From Armatimonadota bacterium (GTDB lineage Bacteria; Sysuimicrobiota; Sysuimicrobiia; Sysuimicrobiales; Humicultoraceae), in NCBI GenBank assembly GCA_037446215.1, contig JBBIJB010000036.1, positions 1 through 22,473 of the forward strand: a stretch of DNA of 22,473 nucleotides, read 5' to 3'. Position 1 is the stretch's first letter. The number at the start of each line of letters is the position of its first letter. The notes under the pieces were generated by a model that saw only the letters and a program-made list of their open reading frames with translations, did not search any database and was not told the DNA's origin. Of the stretch, positions 17,903-22,473 are shown in pieces. The position numbers and the translations under genes were made by a program.

Positions 17903-19035
17903 ATCCCGAGGCGCCCGACAGGCGCGCGCGGCCCGCGGGAACCGTGGTCTGCGACTCCTCTATCTGCCTCGTCGACGGCGAGCGCGGACGGCTCTCCTTC
18001 CGGGGCTATGACGTCGCCGACCTGGCGGGGCAGGCCGCCTACGAGGAGGTTGCCGGGCTGCTCTGGTCGGGTGAGCTGCCTTCACGCGGTGTCCTGGACT
18101 CCCTGCGGGCGGATCTCACGGAGGCCGCCACCCTGCCGGGGCCGGTAGAGGAGCTCCTGCGCAGGGTTCCCCCGGGCGCGTCCCCCATGGCGGTGCTTCG
18201 GACCGCGATCTCCGCCCTTGGGCTCTTCGACCCGGATGCCGCGGACAACTCGGAGCCGGCGAACGCCCGGAAGGCGGTTCGCCTCACGGCTCAGGCACCG
18301 GTCGTCGTGGCCGGGTTCCACCGCCTGCGTGAGGGCGAGGAGCCTCTGCGGGTGCTGCCCGACCTTGGGTTCGCGGCCAACTACATCTACATGATCACCG
18401 GATCCCAGGCCTCCGAAGGGGTAGTGAGGGCCCTCGACACCGCCCTGGTTCTCCACGCCGACCACGACCTGAACACCAGCACCTTCGCCGCGAGGGTCGC
18501 GGCCTCCACGCTCTCCGAGATGCACTCGGCGGTGGCCGCCGCGATTGGGACGCTGAAGGGGCCCCTCCACGGCGGTGCGGGCGAGGCGGTGATGAGGCTG
18601 CTGGAGCTGATAGGGAGCCCGGAGAGGGTGGAGCCGATGGTCAGGGCGGTGCTGGACGCCAAGGGCAGGGTTCCGGGATTCGGACACACGGTCTACCGCG
18701 TCGAGGATCCGCGAGTGCGGATCCTGCGCGAGATCTCTGTGCGCATGGGGGAGTTCACCGGAGAGCCGATGTGGCACCGGCTCGCGGCGATGGTCGAGGA
18801 GTTGATGACCTCGCTGCGCCCCCTCCACGCAAACGTGGACTTGTACTCGGCGACCCTCTACAGGGCGCTGGGGATCCCGCCCGACCTCTTCACGGCGACT
18901 TTCGCGGTGGCCAGGATGGCGGGGTGGACGGCCCACCTTCTCGAGCAGTACCGGGACAATCGGATGATCCGCCCCCTCTCCAACTACGTGGGACCTCCCC
19001 CCCGCGCCTTCGTCACCTTGGATGAGCGCCGCTAG
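17899..19035 (+). CDS. Citrate / 2-methylcitrate synthase family protein
   Basis: GRLSFRGYD, LHADHDLNTSTF, LKGPLHGGA, PGFGHTVY..EDPR, NVDLYSA, ARMAGWTAH, IRP; GTGA overlap with dnaB. Confidence 0.93.
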   Translation: MNPEAPDRRARPAGTVVCDSSICLVDGERGRLSFRGYDVADLAGQAAYEEVAGLLWSGELPSRGVLDSLRADLTEAATLPGPVEELLRRVPPGASPMAVLRTAISALGLFDPDAADNSEPANARKAVRLTAQAPVVVAGFHRLREGEEPLRVLPDLGFAANYIYMITGSQASEGVVRALDTALVLHADHDLNTSTFAARVAASTLSEMHSAVAAAIGTLKGPLHGGAGEAVMRLLELIGSPERVEPMVRAVLDAKGRVPGFGHTVYRVEDPRVRILREISVRMGEFTGEPMWHRLAAMVEELMTSLRPLHANVDLYSATLYRALGIPPDLFTATFAVARMAGWTAHLLEQYRDNRMIRPLSNYVGPPPRAFVTLDERR

Positions 19036-19820
19036 AGATTCAGCAGGAACGCCCTGGCCGCGCCGTTGAACGCCTCCGCCGCCTCCATGTTCGCTAGGTG
19101 GCCCGCCCCCGGGATCTTGAAGAGCAGGGCACCGCGTATTCCCGCGGCGATCGCCTCCGCGCAGGACGGCGGCGTGAGCGTGTCCTCCTCTCCCACTACC
19201 ACCAGAGCGGGCACCGTTATCGACGCGAGTAGCGGCGTGCTGTCGGGCCGGGCCCCCAGGGCGGAGAGCGCCGCGGTCAGGCTCTCCGCTGGAGGCGAGC
19301 CCACAACCTCGCGCACCGCCCGGACGACCTGGGGACGCTGCTCCCTGGTGGTGGGTCCCACCACCTGCGCCGTGAACTCCTCGAGGAAGCCGCCCGGCCC
19401 CTCGGAGTCTATCCTCGCGATCGCGGCGGAGCGGCGCTGTCTCCCCTCTTCGGAGTCGGCCTCGGCGCGGGTGTCTGCCAGCACCAGTGCCTTGACCCGC
19501 TTGGGCGCCTGGGCCGCGATCCTGAACGCGACATAGCCGCCCATGGAGCACCCTCCCAGGACGAACGAGTCGATGCCGAGTTGGTCCAGCAGCCCCAGGG
19601 TGTCTATGGCGTACTCCTCCACGGTCATTGGACCCCCGGGAAGGCCCGACTCCCCAAACCCCCTGAAGTCGGGCGTGACCACCTTGAACCGGTCGCGCAG
19701 GGCGTCCACCTGCGGCTTCCACATCGCCCTGTTCAGCGGAAAGGCGTGCAGCAGTACCAGCGCCGGTCCTTCTCCCGCCACCTCGTAACCCAGCGAGTTC
19801 GTTCCTACCTCGATCCGCAT
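19032..19820 (-). CDS. Alpha/beta fold hydrolase (PcaD/enol-lactonase-like)
   Basis: LLHAFP, PDFRGFGES, GCSMGG nucleophile elbow, VVVGEED, GAGHL; ATG 19820 with SD GGGAGGG upstream. Confidence 0.92.
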   Translation of the reverse strand: MRIEVGTNSLGYEVAGEGPALVLLHAFPLNRAMWKPQVDALRDRFKVVTPDFRGFGESGLPGGPMTVEEYAIDTLGLLDQLGIDSFVLGGCSMGGYVAFRIAAQAPKRVKALVLADTRAEADSEEGRQRRSAAIARIDSEGPGGFLEEFTAQVVGPTTREQRPQVVRAVREVVGSPPAESLTAALSALGARPDSTPLLASITVPALVVVGEEDTLTPPSCAEAIAAGIRGALLFKIPGAGHLANMEAAEAFNGAARAFLLNL

Positions 19821-19993
19821 AGTATGATCCCTCCCTAGTCGCCACGTTTGCCGCGCGCTCACGCTATCCCTTCCCACGCCGGCATGCTGCCTCGGTTGAC
19901 CCTCTTCCATCCCCTGATGCGGGGACTGCCGCGACGCCGTCGCCGCTCAGGAGCATCCTTGTTGCCGCTCGACGACATGCCAGGGGGTGCGTG

Positions 19994-20722
19994 ATGCATG
20001 AGGCCCGCCGGGAGGAGGCGTCCACGATCTGCGCCGAGGGGTACCTGCCGCTTGTCGGCGCCATAGCCAGGGCGGTCAGCCGAGGCCTTCCCCCGACCGT
20101 CGAGATAGACGAGCTGGTGAGCGACGGCGTGATCGGCCTGATGGACGCCCTGAGGCGGTTCAACCCGGACAGGGGGGTGGGCTTCACCGCCTACGCGGGC
20201 CACCGCATTCGAGGCGCGATGCTGGACGGCCTTCGGGAGCGCGATCCGCTGCCGCGCTCCTACCGTCGCGCTCAGCGCGAGGCCGAGGCCTCTTCCCGCA
20301 GGTTCGCGGGCGAGGTCCAGTTCCTCGAAATCGACGATGCCCTAGGGATCGCCGACGACGAGGCGATAGGGCCGGAGTCCCGTGCGGTCGAAGCGGACCT
20401 GCTCCATCGGCTGCGCCTTGGGCTGGCGGCTCTGCCCGCGCGGGACCGCGAGGTCCTCGTCATGCGAATGGCTCGTGGTATGCCCCTCCGCGTAGTTGCG
20501 GTCCAGATGGCCCTGTCGATAACGCGCATTGCCGAGATCCAGGCAAGGGCACTGGTCCGGCTCAGGCGCTTCCTCGAGGGGGAGCCGATGACGCGGGCCC
20601 GGCGCCCGGCTTCTTCGCCCAGGGGCAGGAACGGTTCCGTGACATCGCGAAACGGACCCCTGCTCCTGCCCTCACCCATCCGGGGCGACTGCCGGCAGCG
20701 GCCGGGTCCGGACGGAGGATGA
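19994..20722 (+). CDS. FliA/WhiG (sigma-28)-like sigma factor lacking most of region 3
   Basis: Region 2 YLPLVGAIA...LP..VEIDELVSDGVIGLMDA..RFNPDRG..F.AYA..RIRGAMLD.LR..D.LPRS; region 4 LPARDREVL...RALVRLR. Start GTG 19991 or ATG 19994. Confidence 0.85.
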   Translation: MHEARREEASTICAEGYLPLVGAIARAVSRGLPPTVEIDELVSDGVIGLMDALRRFNPDRGVGFTAYAGHRIRGAMLDGLRERDPLPRSYRRAQREAEASSRRFAGEVQFLEIDDALGIADDEAIGPESRAVEADLLHRLRLGLAALPARDREVLVMRMARGMPLRVVAVQMALSITRIAEIQARALVRLRRFLEGEPMTRARRPASSPRGRNGSVTSRNGPLLLPSPIRGDCRQRPGPDGG

Positions 20723-20816
20723 GGCAGAGAGCCCCTTCCCGGACCGTCATCCGACGGTGGGGTGCCCTTCTGGGGCGCCCGCCTCCGCGGCGTCATTGCT
20801 GGAGGTATGAGGTCGG

Positions 20817-21464
20817 ATGAGAGCGCCCCTCCATGATCGATCCCCTAAGACGCCCATTCGCCTGCTGCCCGCCGCGCAGTCCGGGGCATCGGCGCACCAG
20901 GTCGCGAACGCGCTCTGCCTGGTGGCAGGGATGCTGCGGCGAAGGCCGGAGACAGCAGAGGAGCTGCTCGCCCACGTGGCAGACCAGGCGCGCCGTGGCG
21001 CCGCCGGCCAGAGGCCGCTCGAGACGCTCTCGGCGGAGCTCTCGCGCATCATGGCTCACGTCGCGATCGAGAGGGCCCGCCTGGGAGGCCGCCTCAGGCT
21101 CGAGGTGCGGTGCGACCCCGACACGATGGATCTGCTCCTTCCGCCGCTCGTGCTGCAGCCGCTCGTCGAGAACGCCATCGCCCACGGTGTCTCGCTCAGA
21201 CCGAAAGGCGGGAGCGTGCGCCTGTCTGCCAGGCGCAGAGGGCCGATGCTTCACATGGCCGTGTGCGATGACGGCCCCGGCCTCCGCAGGGAGGAAGATC
21301 AGACCCCGAGGGAGCCGGTCCGATGGGGTCACGGCATTCCCGGCATCAGGATTCGCATCGCGGCGCTGTGCGGCCCCCGCGCCCGCCTCCGCGTGCTGAG
21401 CAGGCCTGGGCGAGGCACGCTGGCGGCGCTGACCCTGCCGGTTGTTCGCATGGAGGAGCGATAG
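20817..21464 (+). CDS. Sensorless LytS/YehU-type histidine kinase
   Basis: LPPLVLQPLVENAIAHG (N box), VCDDGPG (G1), GHGIPGIRIRI (divergent G2), PGRGT, IERARLGGRL; H-box-like AHQVANAL (His codon 20895); no TM or sensor domain. Confidence 0.8.
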   Translation: MRAPLHDRSPKTPIRLLPAAQSGASAHQVANALCLVAGMLRRRPETAEELLAHVADQARRGAAGQRPLETLSAELSRIMAHVAIERARLGGRLRLEVRCDPDTMDLLLPPLVLQPLVENAIAHGVSLRPKGGSVRLSARRRGPMLHMAVCDDGPGLRREEDQTPREPVRWGHGIPGIRIRIAALCGPRARLRVLSRPGRGTLAALTLPVVRMEER

Positions 21465-21466
21465 CG

Positions 21467-22174
21467 GTGAGGCGCCCGCCCGAGCCCGAACCCGGCAATG
21501 CCTCCCGCCGCCTGCGCAGGCAGGGCGCGCTTCGCGCGGTGATAGCGGACGACGAGGCCGCCTCCCGCCGCCACCTCAAGGAGCTCCTCGAGGCGTGCGG
21601 GGTCCGCACCGTGGCCGAGTGCGCCGTCGGCGAGGAGGTACTGCCCGCCGTGCTCAGGGAGCGGCCTGACCTCCTCTGCCTGGATGTCCGGATGCCGGGG
21701 GAAGGCGGGCTGGCGGCCGCGGCAGAGGTAGCGGCCATCCCCCCCGCGCGCAGGCCCCAGGTGCTGTTCGTGACGGGCTACATCGAGCACGCCGCGGCCG
21801 CGTTCGATCTCGAGGCGCTGGACTACCTGGTCAAGCCCCTCTCGGCCGGTCGCGTGGAGCAGGCGGTGCGCCGGGCGCGCGACAGGAGTGGGCGCGGCGA
21901 GGCCCGGGCGAACGGCAGGGTTCCGCTGCTCTTCCTCCCCTCCTCCGACCACAGCCGGGCAATCCCGCCAGGAGCGATCAGGCATGTGGAGGCGAGGGAC
22001 GGCGCATGCCTGGTCCACTCCGACGAGGGGACTCACTCGTTCCGTATCGCCCTGGCAAGGCTCGAGGCGATGCTGGAGCCCTTCGGATTCCTCCGCGTGC
22101 ACAAGGCCTACCTCGTTAACCTCAGGCGGGTGAGGTCGTTCGTGAGGTGGTCGCGCCACGTCCACACCCTTCTC
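21467..22174 (+). pseudogene. REC-LytTR response regulator, C-terminally disrupted (frame stays open to the window end)
   Basis: Absent from the ORF track; translated by hand from GTG 21467 (SD GGAGGAG): VIADDE, PDLLCLDVRMP, VLFVTGY, AFDLEALDYLVKP, FLRVHKAYLVNL. Similarity ends after RWSRHVHTLL. Confidence 0.8.
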
Positions 22175-22473
22175 CACCTGGTCGCCGTCGGGCAGCCTCT
22201 GAAATCGTCCAGCACGAAAAGTCAGATTGGGCACGAACCGCAGAGCGTTGAAAAACCTTTGCTGGCTGCGGCATCGCTCGTCCTTGGCTGCGAAATCGGG
22301 ATCGGCCCGGCTGGGGCGGATCAGGGGCGTATTGTAGTAATAGGTCTGCACATGCGTGCGGCCCGATCCCGTCAACTCCGTCGCCAGCTCGCCGAAATCC
22401 ACCGAGACCGGCAGACCCGCATCCTTCAGAGCGTGATAGAAGTTGCTGCCGTCGATGAAGATGCAGACTCGGT
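22157..22473 (-). pseudogene. NYN (LabA/DUF88, PIN-like) domain protein, N-terminal half only
   Basis: RVCIFIDGSNFYHAL...VDF..LA..L...YYYN...QQRFFNAL...EKGVDV, then read-through into antisense LytTR. The later 'LVSGDxDF' motif is absent. Start is beyond the window. Confidence 0.8.

Noticed and set aside
19836..19990. Riboswitch, promoter or LytTR direct repeats upstream of the sigma gene
   Set aside because: TTGACC at 19896 has no matching -10; only short GC hairpins; no properly spaced direct repeat or known aptamer recognised.
21329..22156. C-terminal part of the 357-aa minus-strand ORF as a novel NYN fusion domain
   Set aside because: It is the antisense of the LytTR gene past the junction.
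1..22473. CRISPR arrays, tRNA/rRNA genes, transposases, integrases
   Set aside because: None recognised; intergenic gaps are short and non-repetitive.

Overview
GC-rich bacterial chromosome segment (about 70% GC by eye; gene order resembles Terrabacteria, which is an inference). It is mostly housekeeping and almost entirely on the + strand: 'dnaK-grpE-dnaJ (class II)-clpB; a membrane-fused spermidine-synthase-like gene; DUF951; a large TM + 5xGAF + GGDEF protein; ychF; rpsF-ssb-rpsR-DUF2232-rplI; intein-containing dnaB; a citrate-synthase-family gene; and a convergent alpha/beta hydrolase. It ends in an accessory module: a sigma-28-like factor lacking region 3, a sensorless LytS-type kinase and a LytTR regulator. 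Main points of interest: (1) dnaB has its own sigma-70-type promoter with a LexA-like box between -35 and -10, DnaA-like boxes upstream, and a P-loop intein with a decayed endonuclease. (2) The sigma/kinase/LytTR trio is unusually minimal. (3) The LytTR gene and a convergent NYN gene both lose family similarity at the same 18-nt segment, suggesting a deletion or an assembly chimera. All calls come from motif recognition by eye; no searches were run.
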